Under the pieces are notes generated by a model that saw only the letters and a program-made list of their open reading frames with translations, searched no databases and had not been told where the DNA came from. A stretch of DNA of 56,304 nucleotides from Kiritimatiellia bacterium (GTDB taxonomy: Bacteria; Verrucomicrobiota; Kiritimatiellia; UBA8416): the NCBI GenBank assembly GCA_007129405.1, contig SKVN01000047.1, forward strand, positions 1 to 56,304, read 5' to 3'. Positions 17,839 to 27,336 of this stretch are shown here, one piece after another. Within the stretch, counting starts at the first letter, position 1; each line of letters begins with the position of its first letter. Both the position numbers and the translations under genes were made by a program.

Positions 17839-18486
17839 ATGCGGATTGTATCTTTTTTAGCTATGGGCGGGCCGATTATCTGGCTCATCATGGCGAGTGG
17901 CGTGCTTGCATTCGGGGTGTTTCTGGAGCGTGCCTTGAGCTTGCATCGTGCCCGAATCGATTATAGCGATTTTTTGCGTGGGATTTTTAATTGTTTGCGT
18001 CAAGAAAAGCCACAGGATGCACATGTGGCCGAAGCATTAACGCTGTGTGATGAAACGCCTGGTCCGGTAGCCTATCTGGTCCGGATGGCCATTTCGGGTC
18101 GTGCGGCTTCGGCGTATGATTTGGATCGGACGTTACAGGATACGGCTGCTGCCGAGATTTCGCGCATGGAAAGGCGTTTGGCGGTGATTTCTTTGATTGC
18201 ACAGATAGCTCCGATGCTGGGATTGTTCGGAACGGTTTTGGGGATTCTGGATGGGGTTGTCGTGTTGCAAGCACAGGGTCCTCTCGTGCAAAGCGCAAAT
18301 GTATTGGATGGATTGCTATTGGCACTGTCTTCGACCGTGGCGGGTCTAGGGGTTGCGATTCCCTGTTATGCGGCTTTTAATATGCTGATTATCAAGGTGG
18401 ATCGTATTGTGTTGGATATGGAACGTACGCGATATGAAATGGTGGCTTTTTTAAAAGGGGGATATACGCGGGAGTCCGCAGCATGA
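17839..18486 (+). CDS. MotA/TolQ/ExbB family proton-channel protein
   Basis: The RBS AAGGAGG lies at 17826-17832. The product has three TM segments and the family-typical C-terminal region (APMLGLFGTVLGI). Confidence 0.88.
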   Translation: MRIVSFLAMGGPIIWLIMASGVLAFGVFLERALSLHRARIDYSDFLRGIFNCLRQEKPQDAHVAEALTLCDETPGPVAYLVRMAISGRAASAYDLDRTLQDTAAAEISRMERRLAVISLIAQIAPMLGLFGTVLGILDGVVVLQAQGPLVQSANVLDGLLLALSSTVAGLGVAIPCYAAFNMLIIKVDRIVLDMERTRYEMVAFLKGGYTRESAA

Positions 18487-19004
18487 ATCGCTTGGATCTA
18501 GAGGAGAAAAGCACGGCTAGATTGTTGCCAGCGGGGCGGGACTTGCGAACACGTTATAATCCGCGTGCCCGGATTCGTCCTTTTTATTTGCAGGCGGCAC
18601 CATGGTTGGATTTGTTGTTTATTTTGTTTTTTCTTGTTTTGGTACAGTCCCGTTTGGTGTTGCGCCCGGGGGTGGTCGTTGCCTTGCCGGCGTATGGGGG
18701 TGCGGGCGTACAAGGTGGCTCGATTGCCGTGCTGGTTCCGAATCGGCAGCGGCAGGCGGCGCGGTCTGCTCCGACACTGTATTTTGCCGATGAAGCATAT
18801 CGTTTGGATGATGCCGTACGCATGCAGGCGTTGGTGGATGTTTTGGCGAATGAGCGAGAGGTTGATCAAACGGGAACACTAACCTTGTATGCGGATCAAC
18901 GTGTGTCACAGGTTTATGTGATGCAAGTGATGGATCTAGCAGCTACGGCTGGTTTTGAACGTATAAATATTGGTACGGCTCCGCCGACATTGCCCATGCC
19001 TTAA
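18483..19004 (+). CDS. ExbD/TolR family protein
   Basis: The start overlaps the upstream stop (ATGA). The product has a single TM helix and an ExbD-like periplasmic domain (LYADQRVSQVYVMQVMD). Confidence 0.8.
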   Translation: MNRLDLEEKSTARLLPAGRDLRTRYNPRARIRPFYLQAAPWLDLLFILFFLVLVQSRLVLRPGVVVALPAYGGAGVQGGSIAVLVPNRQRQAARSAPTLYFADEAYRLDDAVRMQALVDVLANEREVDQTGTLTLYADQRVSQVYVMQVMDLAATAGFERINIGTAPPTLPMP

Positions 19005-19019
19005 GGGAAGAGATTTGCT

Positions 19020-19775
19020 ATGTCTCCGAGAAAACATCGCGTGTTGATAAGGTGGTTTGGCCGGAAGATTGATTTAGGTGTCTTTTTTTGCACAGCGCTG
19101 TTTGTGTTTATCTGGTTTTTTCTTCCTTCCTACAGGGTCGATTCTGCGGTGGGTAGCGGCAGTGCCGGTTCGATGCATATTCAGGTGACGCAGTCAACGT
19201 TGTGCGATGTTTTGCCGTATATGCGACCTGATCTGATGCTTGAGCCGTCGCGTTTCACGTTTGCCCCGGTTTTGGAGGTATCTGCGGAGCTGGCAGGTCG
19301 CTTACACTATACATATGGAACGTCACTAGATGTGTGGTTTTCTCCGCCAGAAGGGATGGGGAGACTGGCACCATTGTCGACGGGTATCGGTTCCCATGAA
19401 CACAAGATTTTGTTCGTGCCTTCTTCGGTTTCGTTGCGTGCCGCAGGTAAAGAATCCGCGGATGTTATACCTGGTTTGCATGTTCGGAAATCCGAGGGGT
19501 TGGGTGCCACACTTTTACGCACGGATGCCGCGGCGTGGGAATCGGAGTTGGCGGTCGAAGAAGCGTGGATGTTTGCTTTTTGGGCTTCTTTTCATGCTGA
19601 GAGTCATTCTGCAACTGTGTTTGTGGAGGAGTCGAGTGGGGATGTGACGCGCGATTTACGGTTACTTCGAATAGCCGAACGTTTCGATGTGTGGGAGAAT
19701 CCCGTCGGTGAGGGGATTGTCTGGTTACGTTACGAGCCGAGTGCAGGAGGAAACAATGAGAATCAAGACGACTGA
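19020..19775 (+). CDS. Hypothetical membrane-anchored protein in the TonB/TolA position
   Basis: The 251-aa ORF has an N-terminal TM segment (LGVFFCTALFVFIWFFL). It has no Pro-rich linker and I recognise no family. Its 3' end overlaps hisD by 20 nt. Confidence 0.6.
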   Translation: MSPRKHRVLIRWFGRKIDLGVFFCTALFVFIWFFLPSYRVDSAVGSGSAGSMHIQVTQSTLCDVLPYMRPDLMLEPSRFTFAPVLEVSAELAGRLHYTYGTSLDVWFSPPEGMGRLAPLSTGIGSHEHKILFVPSSVSLRAAGKESADVIPGLHVRKSEGLGATLLRTDAAAWESELAVEEAWMFAFWASFHAESHSATVFVEESSGDVTRDLRLLRIAERFDVWENPVGEGIVWLRYEPSAGGNNENQDD

Positions 19776-21072
19776 ATGGATCCCTGGTGGGAAAAGGAAT
19801 GCGGTAGTAGAGCGTTTTCTAGCACGCCCGGCTTTTTCTTCTGATGCCGAGGTGGCTGCGCAGACGGTTTTGGCTGATATTGCCGAGTCGGGTGATGCTG
19901 CGGTTTGTGCATATGCTGAGAAGTTTGATGGGGTACGCTTGCAGGCGAAAGATGTACGCGTTCCGGAGGCGATGCTTTCTGCGGCTTCGAAGCAAGTAGA
20001 TGTTGCTTTTCGTCGTGCTGCACGCGAGGCTAATCGCCGGATCATGCGTTTTTCCAAGGCGGGAAAGAAACAGGATTGGTCGATGCGAACCGCACAAGGT
20101 GGGCGTTTAGGTGAACGATTTGTTCCTTATGAACGGGTTGGCGTGTATGTGCCGGGGGGCACGGCACCATTAGCATCATCGGCGCTGATGACAGCCTCGT
20201 TGGCCAAAGCAGCCGGTGTGCCTGAAATTGTAGCTTGTACCCCGTGCGACAAGAATGGTGTTGTGAATCCCTATGTGTTGTATGCTTTACAGGTGGCTGG
20301 TGCCACCGAGATATATCGCGTGGGTGGAATTCATGCGATTGGGATGATGGCGTTTGGTACCAAGCGTGTGGCCAAGGTGCAAAAGATTGTGGGTCCGGGG
20401 GGTGCCTATGTGACGGCGGCCAAGCGTCAGGTTTATGGATATGTCGCATTAGATCTGGTGGCGGGGCCGAGCGAAATTGCTGTGCTAGCGGATGAAACAG
20501 CGGATCCCATGCATGTTGCCATGGATTTGCTTTCGCAGGCAGAGCATGGAACGGGCGATGAAAAGGCTTTATTGGTAACGCCGAGTGCAGCGTTGGTGCC
20601 TGCGGTGCAGAAGGCACTACAGGATGCGTTATGCGTATTGCAGCGACGTTCTTTGATTGAGAAGGTTGCTGCGCGCGGTGGCATTTTGCTGGTCAGCGTT
20701 CCTGATATGGATGCAGGGATTGCGTTGTGCAACCGTTTTGCGCCCGAGCACCTTGAATTAATGGTTCAGCATCCTCGGACGGTGTTGAAGGGCATTCGGT
20801 GTGCAGGTGCTGTTTTTATGGGGCCTTGGACACCGGAGTCGGCAGGGGATTTTGTGGCGGGGCCCAGTCATGTTCTGCCAACGGGCGGTGCGGCGAAAAT
20901 GTTCTCAGGGTTAACCGTGGATGATTTTTTGCGTCGCATCAGCACGGTGGCGTTTACGCGTCGGGATTTGGCGGAAACGTTGCATGTTATCGAAGCTTTC
21001 GGGCGTGTAGAGGGGCTGGATGCACATGCTCTGGCAGGGAAAATCCGATTTCAGTCTTTAGATCAAGTTTGA
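19756..21072 (+). CDS. hisD: Histidinol dehydrogenase
   Basis: HisD homology runs throughout. AGGAGG at 19745-19750 supports the ATG at 19756 rather than the ORF-track start at 19687. Confidence 0.93.
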   Translation: MRIKTTEWIPGGKRNAVVERFLARPAFSSDAEVAAQTVLADIAESGDAAVCAYAEKFDGVRLQAKDVRVPEAMLSAASKQVDVAFRRAAREANRRIMRFSKAGKKQDWSMRTAQGGRLGERFVPYERVGVYVPGGTAPLASSALMTASLAKAAGVPEIVACTPCDKNGVVNPYVLYALQVAGATEIYRVGGIHAIGMMAFGTKRVAKVQKIVGPGGAYVTAAKRQVYGYVALDLVAGPSEIAVLADETADPMHVAMDLLSQAEHGTGDEKALLVTPSAALVPAVQKALQDALCVLQRRSLIEKVAARGGILLVSVPDMDAGIALCNRFAPEHLELMVQHPRTVLKGIRCAGAVFMGPWTPESAGDFVAGPSHVLPTGGAAKMFSGLTVDDFLRRISTVAFTRRDLAETLHVIEAFGRVEGLDAHALAGKIRFQSLDQV

Positions 21073-21082
21073 GGAACGTTGC

Positions 21083-22174
21083 ATGCAAATGGATACTGTG
21101 TCGCGGGGTTTAGAACATGCTTTTGTGCGGGCAGGGGTGCGATCGATGCAGGGCTATGTTCCGGGGGAGCAGTCCGAGCAGCTTGATGTAATCAAGTTGA
21201 ATACAAATGAGAATCCGTATCCTCCTGCCCCCAGCGTTATGGAGGCATTGCGGGCGGTTTCGGCTGATGCATTGCGCCGGTATCCGCCCCCGATGAGCCA
21301 TGGCCTGCGCCAATGTGTGGCGCGGATATATGATTTTCCGGTATCGGGCGTGTTTTGCGGGAATGGTTCCGATGAAATATTGGCTTTGTGTACACGTGCT
21401 TTTGTCGAAAAAGGACGTAAAATCGGGTATTTTGATCCATCGTATTCCTTGTATCCGGTTCTTGCTACGATTGCAGAGAGCGATACGGTTGAAGTTGTTT
21501 TGGGCGATGCATTCGGTTGGGTGGATCCTCCTTTGGATGCCGGGATGGACTTGTTTTTTCTGACCAACCCGAATGCACCTACGGGGATGCTTTTTCCTAT
21601 GGAAAAGGTGGAAGCATTTTGTGCGCGTTTTGATGGAGTGGTATTGATTGATGAGGCCTATGTTGATTTTGCCGTGTCCGACTGTCTTGCGCTTGCGCGT
21701 CGCTATCCGAACGTTGTTGTATCCCGATCTCTATCCAAGTCATACAGTCTGGCGGGTTTGCGCGTGGGCTATGCGCTGGGGGCACCGGCGTTGATCGCGG
21801 CGTTGGATAAAATCAAGGATTCCTATAATCTTGATATAGTTGCACAGCAGTTGGCTGTGGCGGCTCTGACGGATCAGGCCTACATGCATGATTGTGTCCA
21901 GCGCGTTTGCAACACGCGCTTGTGGTTTGAGAAAGAAATGCAGGCGCGCGGGTTTGCCTTATATCCTTCTGAAACGAATTTTGTTTGGTGCAAGCCGCCT
22001 GCGTCGATATCGGCGCAAGCGTATGTGGATGCGTTGCGGCAGCGTAATATTCTGATCCGGTATTTTTCGGCTGCACGGCTGGCGCCATTTGTTAGAATCA
22101 CGATTGGATTGGATACCCAGATGGAACAATTGATTAAAGAAACGGATGCGATATTGGAGGCAAGCCATGGTTGA
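21083..22174 (+). CDS. hisC: Histidinol-phosphate aminotransferase
   Basis: The 363-aa class-II aminotransferase has the motifs LNTNENPYPP and SLSKSYSLAGLRVGY (PLP lysine). Confidence 0.93.
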   Translation: MQMDTVSRGLEHAFVRAGVRSMQGYVPGEQSEQLDVIKLNTNENPYPPAPSVMEALRAVSADALRRYPPPMSHGLRQCVARIYDFPVSGVFCGNGSDEILALCTRAFVEKGRKIGYFDPSYSLYPVLATIAESDTVEVVLGDAFGWVDPPLDAGMDLFFLTNPNAPTGMLFPMEKVEAFCARFDGVVLIDEAYVDFAVSDCLALARRYPNVVVSRSLSKSYSLAGLRVGYALGAPALIAALDKIKDSYNLDIVAQQLAVAALTDQAYMHDCVQRVCNTRLWFEKEMQARGFALYPSETNFVWCKPPASISAQAYVDALRQRNILIRYFSAARLAPFVRITIGLDTQMEQLIKETDAILEASHG

Positions 22175-22763
22175 ACGAACGGGGGAAGAAACTCGTAACA
22201 CACGAGAAACACAAATATCTGTACGGGTGAATCTGGATGGTAGGGGCAAGTATGCGATTGAGACGGGTATGCCGTTTTTCAATCACATGTTGGAACTTTT
22301 TTCTCGTCATTCGCTCATCGATATACAGCTTCAGGCAACCGGTGATTTGGCAGTAGATTATCATCATACTGTAGAGGATACCGGTCTGGCACTGGGTAAT
22401 GCGATTGATCGTGCATTGGGGGATCGTCGGGGGATTCGTCGTTATGGCTGGGCTTATCTGCCGATGGACGAATCGCTAAGTCGTGTGGTCGTTGATTTGG
22501 GAGGGAGACCCTATCTAGTAAAGGACATGGTTTGTAAAAAACGGAAGTTACTGGACTTTGAATTAGCGTTATTCGACGATTTTTTCCAGGCGTTTGTGGT
22601 ACAGACACGTATGAATTTGCATATTCATCAGATGCTTGGACAGGAGGCGCATCACGCCTATGAGTCTGTATTCAAGGGAATGGCGCGTGCTATGCGTATG
22701 GCGGTAGAGCTGGATCCCCGGGATTCGGATCTACCTTCGAGCAAGGGGCGTATTGGCAACTGA
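22167..22763 (+). CDS. hisB: Imidazoleglycerol-phosphate dehydratase (monofunctional)
   Basis: The N-terminus has TRNTRETQISV and HH..E motifs are present. GGAGG at 22156-22160 supports the ATG at 22167, which overlaps hisC by 8 nt. Confidence 0.92.
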   Translation: MVERTGEETRNTRETQISVRVNLDGRGKYAIETGMPFFNHMLELFSRHSLIDIQLQATGDLAVDYHHTVEDTGLALGNAIDRALGDRRGIRRYGWAYLPMDESLSRVVVDLGGRPYLVKDMVCKKRKLLDFELALFDDFFQAFVVQTRMNLHIHQMLGQEAHHAYESVFKGMARAMRMAVELDPRDSDLPSSKGRIGN

Positions 22764-22764
22764 T

Positions 22765-24312
22765 TTATTCCCATTCGATGGTGGCGGGGGGCTTGGAGCT
22801 GATGTCGTAGACGACGCGGTTCACGCCCTTTACCTCATTGATGATGCGATTCGAGATTGCGTCCATTACATCATAGGGTAGTTTAAACCAGTCGGCGGTC
22901 ATGCCATCCAGGCTTTGCACGGCGCGCACCGCGATTACATTTTCGTACGTACGCGAGTCTCCCATGACGCCCACGGATTGTACCGGGAGTAAGACGGCAA
23001 AATATTGCCAGACATCGAGGTGATTTGGCATTTTCATGATTTCCTCGCGAACGCGCAGGTCGGCGAGTCGTAAGATTTCCAGGCGTTCGGCGGTGATTTC
23101 GCCGATAATCCGGACGGCCAATCCGGGCCCGGGGAATGGTTGGCGATCGACGACGTAAGAAGGGAGTCCGAGTTCACGTCCTACGGCGCGAACTTCATCT
23201 TTGAAGAGTTCGCGCAGTGGCTCGATCAATTGAAATTGTAAATCGGGTGGTAATCCGCCTACATTGTGGTGGGATTTGATGGTTGCGGATGGTCCGCCGG
23301 TCGGGGATACGGATTCAATGACATCGGGATACAATGTGCCTTGTGCCAGAAAGTCGACAGGGCCCAGGCTACGCGCTTTTTCAGCAAACACGTCGATGAA
23401 CGTTTTTCCAATGATTTTGCGTTTTTCCTCGGGATCAACGATGCCTTTGAGTCTTTTCAGAAAGATGGGACCTGCCGATACGACATGCAGATCGATACCG
23501 AAGGCATCGCCAAAGAGTGTTTCGACGTCGTGCACTTCCTCGTGCCGTAGCAGGCCATTGTCTACAAACACGCAATGTAGCTGGTTGCCGATGGCTTTAT
23601 GCAGCAATGCGGCCACGACGGAAGAATCGACGCCACCACTTAACCCCAGCAAAACATTGCCCTTGCCGACTTGGGCTTGAATGGTTTCGACGGCAAGTTC
23701 AATGAAGGAAGTCATTTCCCAATTGGGTTTGCAGTGACAGATTTGTATGGCGAAGTTCCATAGCATATCGCCGCCTTGGGGCGTATGGACGACCTCGGGG
23801 TGGAATTGTACACCGTATATTTTACGTTGCGGATCCTGCATTGCGGCATACGGGCAATCCCGGGAGGCGGCAATACCCTTAAATCCAGATGGCAGCACGC
23901 TGACTTTGTCCCCGTGACTCATCCAGACTTGGAGGGTTTGGTCCAGACCATGAAACAGAAGTGCTTCTCGATCTGTGACGGTCATGACAGCGCGACCAAA
24001 TTCACGGGTGTCTCCTGCGGTTACTGCGCCCCCTAGTACATGTGCGGTTAGCTGCATGCCATAGCATATGCCTAGAATGGGCAGGCCTAGTGAAAATATT
24101 TCGGTTTCACACTTGGGGGCATTTTCGCCGAAGACACTATCGGGTCCGCCTGACAGCACAATGCCAGCAGGTTTGCGCTGCTTTAATTCTTCAGCGGACA
24201 CGTAGCATGGTAAAATTTCGCAATATACTTTTTGCTCACGAATTCTTCTGGCAATCAGTTGGGTGACTTGTGATCCGAAGTCTAATACAGCAATCCAGTT
24301 TTTGTGGTTCAT
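22765..24312 (-). CDS. guaA: GMP synthase (glutamine-hydrolysing)
   Basis: The GATase motif GICYGMQ and the ATP-PPase motif SGGVDSSV are present, and the C-terminus is IEWE. The internal ATG at 24312 has an AGGA RBS, while the ORF-track start at 24330 has none. Confidence 0.95.
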   Translation of the reverse strand: MNHKNWIAVLDFGSQVTQLIARRIREQKVYCEILPCYVSAEELKQRKPAGIVLSGGPDSVFGENAPKCETEIFSLGLPILGICYGMQLTAHVLGGAVTAGDTREFGRAVMTVTDREALLFHGLDQTLQVWMSHGDKVSVLPSGFKGIAASRDCPYAAMQDPQRKIYGVQFHPEVVHTPQGGDMLWNFAIQICHCKPNWEMTSFIELAVETIQAQVGKGNVLLGLSGGVDSSVVAALLHKAIGNQLHCVFVDNGLLRHEEVHDVETLFGDAFGIDLHVVSAGPIFLKRLKGIVDPEEKRKIIGKTFIDVFAEKARSLGPVDFLAQGTLYPDVIESVSPTGGPSATIKSHHNVGGLPPDLQFQLIEPLRELFKDEVRAVGRELGLPSYVVDRQPFPGPGLAVRIIGEITAERLEILRLADLRVREEIMKMPNHLDVWQYFAVLLPVQSVGVMGDSRTYENVIAVRAVQSLDGMTADWFKLPYDVMDAISNRIINEVKGVNRVVYDISSKPPATIEWE

Positions 24313-24339
24313 GTGGTGTATCCTGGGCATAAAGTTATC

Positions 24340-24370
24340 GGGATCAGGACATGCTGGACGTCCTGATCCC
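24340..24370 (-). terminator. 11-bp stem hairpin between the carboxylase operon and guaA
   Basis: GGGATCAGGAC pairs with GTCCTGATCCC across a 9-nt loop. The U-tract is only weak, so it may be a terminator or a processing site. Confidence 0.45.
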
Positions 24371-24390
24371 AGAGTATATCTATTTTCTTG

Positions 24391-26337
24391 TTAGCCAATA
24401 ATCATCATGGGTTGACCTTTTTGTACTGGTTCTCCATGTTGTGATAAAATGCGCAACACTTTTCCGGCGACGGGCGCCTTGATCTGGTTGAAGAGTTTCA
24501 TGGCTTCAACGATACAGAGCGTGTCGCCTACATTCACGGTGTCACCTTCCTTGACGAATGGTGGCTTGCCTGGTCCCGGGGATTGGTAAAAGGTTCCATT
24601 CAAGGGGGCGGGTATGGGGGTGCCATCATCGATGGCTGCAGGTTCAGGGGGGGCTGCCGTTTTAGGTGCCGATGTTGGTGATGCACTTGCTGCCGATGCA
24701 GGAGCCGGTGCCGTGGGTGCGATGTCCGATCCCATTTGGACTCCGCTTCCTCGTAATGAAAGCGTGAGGTCGTTGCGTCGAATGGTGAACTCTTGTAATT
24801 GTAATGCCGCCACACGGCTCGCTAAATCATTCAGTTCCCGATAGTCTTCATTGGTGAGCAATCGCTGGATTTCCGGAGCGCTGGCCGGAGCTTGTTCTTC
24901 CATTTCTTTCTGCTGCTCTAGCACGACAGGAGGATCGGGGCGTTCTTCTGTCGGCATGGCACGCCATTTGAAGTACTCGAGGGCAACTTCCGGGAAGATG
25001 CAATAGGAGATAACGTCTTCCTCGCTTTCAATCAGTCCGGCGGGGACGCCATCTGTGGCTGTTGGTAGCATGGGCTCCAGCATATCGGCAGGCCTGCAGG
25101 TAATGGGCTTTTCTTTGACCAGAACGGTTTTTGCGAGTTTTTTGTCGATGGGCGCGGGTGGACGGCCATACTGCCCCTTGACGTAGTTGCGCGTTTCCTC
25201 CGGGATCATGGCATAGCGTTCGCCTGCAAGTACATTAAGGACGGACTGGATGCCGACGATTTGGCTGGTGGGGGTAACCAGGGGCGGGTATCCCATATCA
25301 GCCCGCGTACGCGGCAATTCCTCCAGCACTTCCGGCAAACGGTCGAGCGCATCTTGCTGGGCCAATTGTGAGCGGAGATTGGAAATCATACCGCCTGGAA
25401 TGTGATGTACAAGGATGTCCGGATCAATAGGATTGATCGGCATATTTTTCGCGGCGCGCTTGGGGGCCAAGTCCTCGAAGTAGCGACATATTTTGCGAAG
25501 GCAGTCGACATCGAGGTTTGCGTGATAAGGCGTTTCGTTGAAAATGGCAAGCATGGTTTCAACAGGGGGCTGCGAGGAGCTGCTCGACATGACGGAAATG
25601 GCGCAATCAATGGCACCTGCTCCTGCTCGAACGCCTTCCACATATGTGGCGGTTCCCATTCCACTGGTGGCATGTGTATGCAACTGAATGGGGATGTTGG
25701 TTTCACGCACGAGCGCCGAGACAAGTTTTTCTGCCATGATGGGTGACAGAATGCCAGCCATATCCTTGATGACGAGGGAGTCTACTTCGAGGGCTTGCAG
25801 TTCTTTGGCAAGTTGCACGTATTTTTCGACCGTGTGTACGGGACTGATTGTATAGGAGATTGCGCCTTGTGCATGTCCACCATACCGTTTTACGGATCGA
25901 ATCGCTTGCTCCATGTTGCGGACATCATTGAGGGCATCAAAGATGCGAAAGATATCGACCCCATTACGGCAGGCCAATTCGACAAAACGGTCGAGAACAT
26001 CATCTGGATAATTTTTGTAGCCGACCACGTTTTGTCCGCGAAGCAACATTTGTAGCGGCGTTTTGGGCGCATGTGCTTTAATCATGCGGAGTCGTTCCCA
26101 GGGGTTTTCACGTAGAAACCGCAAGCATACATCGAATGTCGCGCCGCCCCAGACTTCCAACGAGTAATATCCAGCTTGATCGATTGTATCTATGATTCCC
26201 ATGATGTCCTTGGTACGCATGCGAGTTGCCCAGAGGGACTGATGGGCGTCGCGCAACGTGGTGTCCGTAATGCGCAGGGGAATACGTTTTGTGGCATGTG
26301 GGGTTGTTTTTTTTGCTGCTGTTTTACGTGCTGTCAT
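24391..26337 (-). CDS. 5S-type carboxyltransferase (oxaloacetate decarboxylase alpha / pyruvate carboxylase subunit B family) fused to a C-terminal biotinyl carrier domain
   Basis: The N-terminus has ITDTTLRDAHQS. An Ala/Pro linker follows, then the biotinylation motif VEAMKLFN near the C-terminus. Confidence 0.9.
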   Translation of the reverse strand: MTARKTAAKKTTPHATKRIPLRITDTTLRDAHQSLWATRMRTKDIMGIIDTIDQAGYYSLEVWGGATFDVCLRFLRENPWERLRMIKAHAPKTPLQMLLRGQNVVGYKNYPDDVLDRFVELACRNGVDIFRIFDALNDVRNMEQAIRSVKRYGGHAQGAISYTISPVHTVEKYVQLAKELQALEVDSLVIKDMAGILSPIMAEKLVSALVRETNIPIQLHTHATSGMGTATYVEGVRAGAGAIDCAISVMSSSSSQPPVETMLAIFNETPYHANLDVDCLRKICRYFEDLAPKRAAKNMPINPIDPDILVHHIPGGMISNLRSQLAQQDALDRLPEVLEELPRTRADMGYPPLVTPTSQIVGIQSVLNVLAGERYAMIPEETRNYVKGQYGRPPAPIDKKLAKTVLVKEKPITCRPADMLEPMLPTATDGVPAGLIESEEDVISYCIFPEVALEYFKWRAMPTEERPDPPVVLEQQKEMEEQAPASAPEIQRLLTNEDYRELNDLASRVAALQLQEFTIRRNDLTLSLRGSGVQMGSDIAPTAPAPASAASASPTSAPKTAAPPEPAAIDDGTPIPAPLNGTFYQSPGPGKPPFVKEGDTVNVGDTLCIVEAMKLFNQIKAPVAGKVLRILSQHGEPVQKGQPMMIIG

Positions 26338-26369
26338 AGTATGGTTCCTTTGTCTGTATGATACTGAAA

Positions 26370-27332
26370 CTAGCTGCGGGTTTGCTTAACCCTGCCCATG
26401 CGTGCAAATTTATTGTAGCGGCCATCGCGCAAGCGATTGGATGATTGGCGTTTTAAGCGTTGTAATGCCGCGATAATGGCATCCTTTGTTCGCGCAATCG
26501 TGGTTTCCGGGTCACGATGTGCACCGCCAGGAGGCTCATCGATAATATCATCAATAATGCCGAGTTCGAGCAGTGATTCTGCCGTGATTTTGAGGGCATC
26601 GGCAGCTTGCGGAGCCATTTCAGCATCTCGCCATAAAATGGCAGCACATCCTTCTGGCGGGATGACGGAGTACACGGCATAGCGGAGCATCAGGATGGTA
26701 TCGCCGACGGCAATGCCCAGTGCGCCACCACTGCCACCTTCGCCCGTCACGACGACAACGATCGGCACTTCCAGATTGGCCATTTCCGTCAAATTTCGTG
26801 CGATGGCTTCGGCCTGACCCCGTTCTTCGGCTTCTTTGCCTGGGTAGGCAGCGGGGGTATCCACCAAACACACAATCGGCAGGCCGTATTTTTCGGCAAG
26901 TTTCATCAAGCGCAATGCTTTGCGATATCCTTCTGGATTGGGCATGCCGAAGTTGTGGTAGACCTTTTCATCTACATTTCGTCCCTTTACCATACCGATA
27001 AGCATGACGCGGTGCTTGTCGATAGTGGCAAATCCTCCGATCAGCGCTTTGTCATCGCCAGCCCTGCGGTCTCCATGCAGTTCGATAAATTCTGAACACA
27101 TGCCATCGATATAATCTTTAAAGAGCGGGCGATCGGGATGCCGTGCAATCCTGACGGTATCCCAGGGGGATAAATTGTCGTATATTTTTTTTGTGAGACT
27201 TTTCATTTTGCGGCGCAGCGAGCCTAGATCCTTGTTTAGCTGGGGATACTCTTTGCTGTCCAGCTTACTCAGTTCGGCAATGCGCGCTTCGATTTCCGCC
27301 AATTCGTTTTCAAATTCCAGATTCATGATCAT
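26370..27332 (-). CDS. accA: Acetyl-CoA carboxylase carboxyltransferase subunit alpha
   Basis: The 320-aa ORF matches AccA throughout (EIEARIAEL, GEGGSGGALG). Confidence 0.95.
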   Translation of the reverse strand: MIMNLEFENELAEIEARIAELSKLDSKEYPQLNKDLGSLRRKMKSLTKKIYDNLSPWDTVRIARHPDRPLFKDYIDGMCSEFIELHGDRRAGDDKALIGGFATIDKHRVMLIGMVKGRNVDEKVYHNFGMPNPEGYRKALRLMKLAEKYGLPIVCLVDTPAAYPGKEAEERGQAEAIARNLTEMANLEVPIVVVVTGEGGSGGALGIAVGDTILMLRYAVYSVIPPEGCAAILWRDAEMAPQAADALKITAESLLELGIIDDIIDEPPGGAHRDPETTIARTKDAIIAALQRLKRQSSNRLRDGRYNKFARMGRVKQTRS

Positions 27333-27336
27333 CCCT

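Noticed and set aside
19687-19755. A longer hisD start, plus similar upstream extensions of the ORFs for exbB, hisB, ribE, gatA, the ABC exporter, yjbQ, queA, purC, pyrH, guaA and fucI.
   Set aside because: In each case an internal ATG has a good RBS or aligns with the canonical family N-terminus. The extensions overlap the preceding gene.
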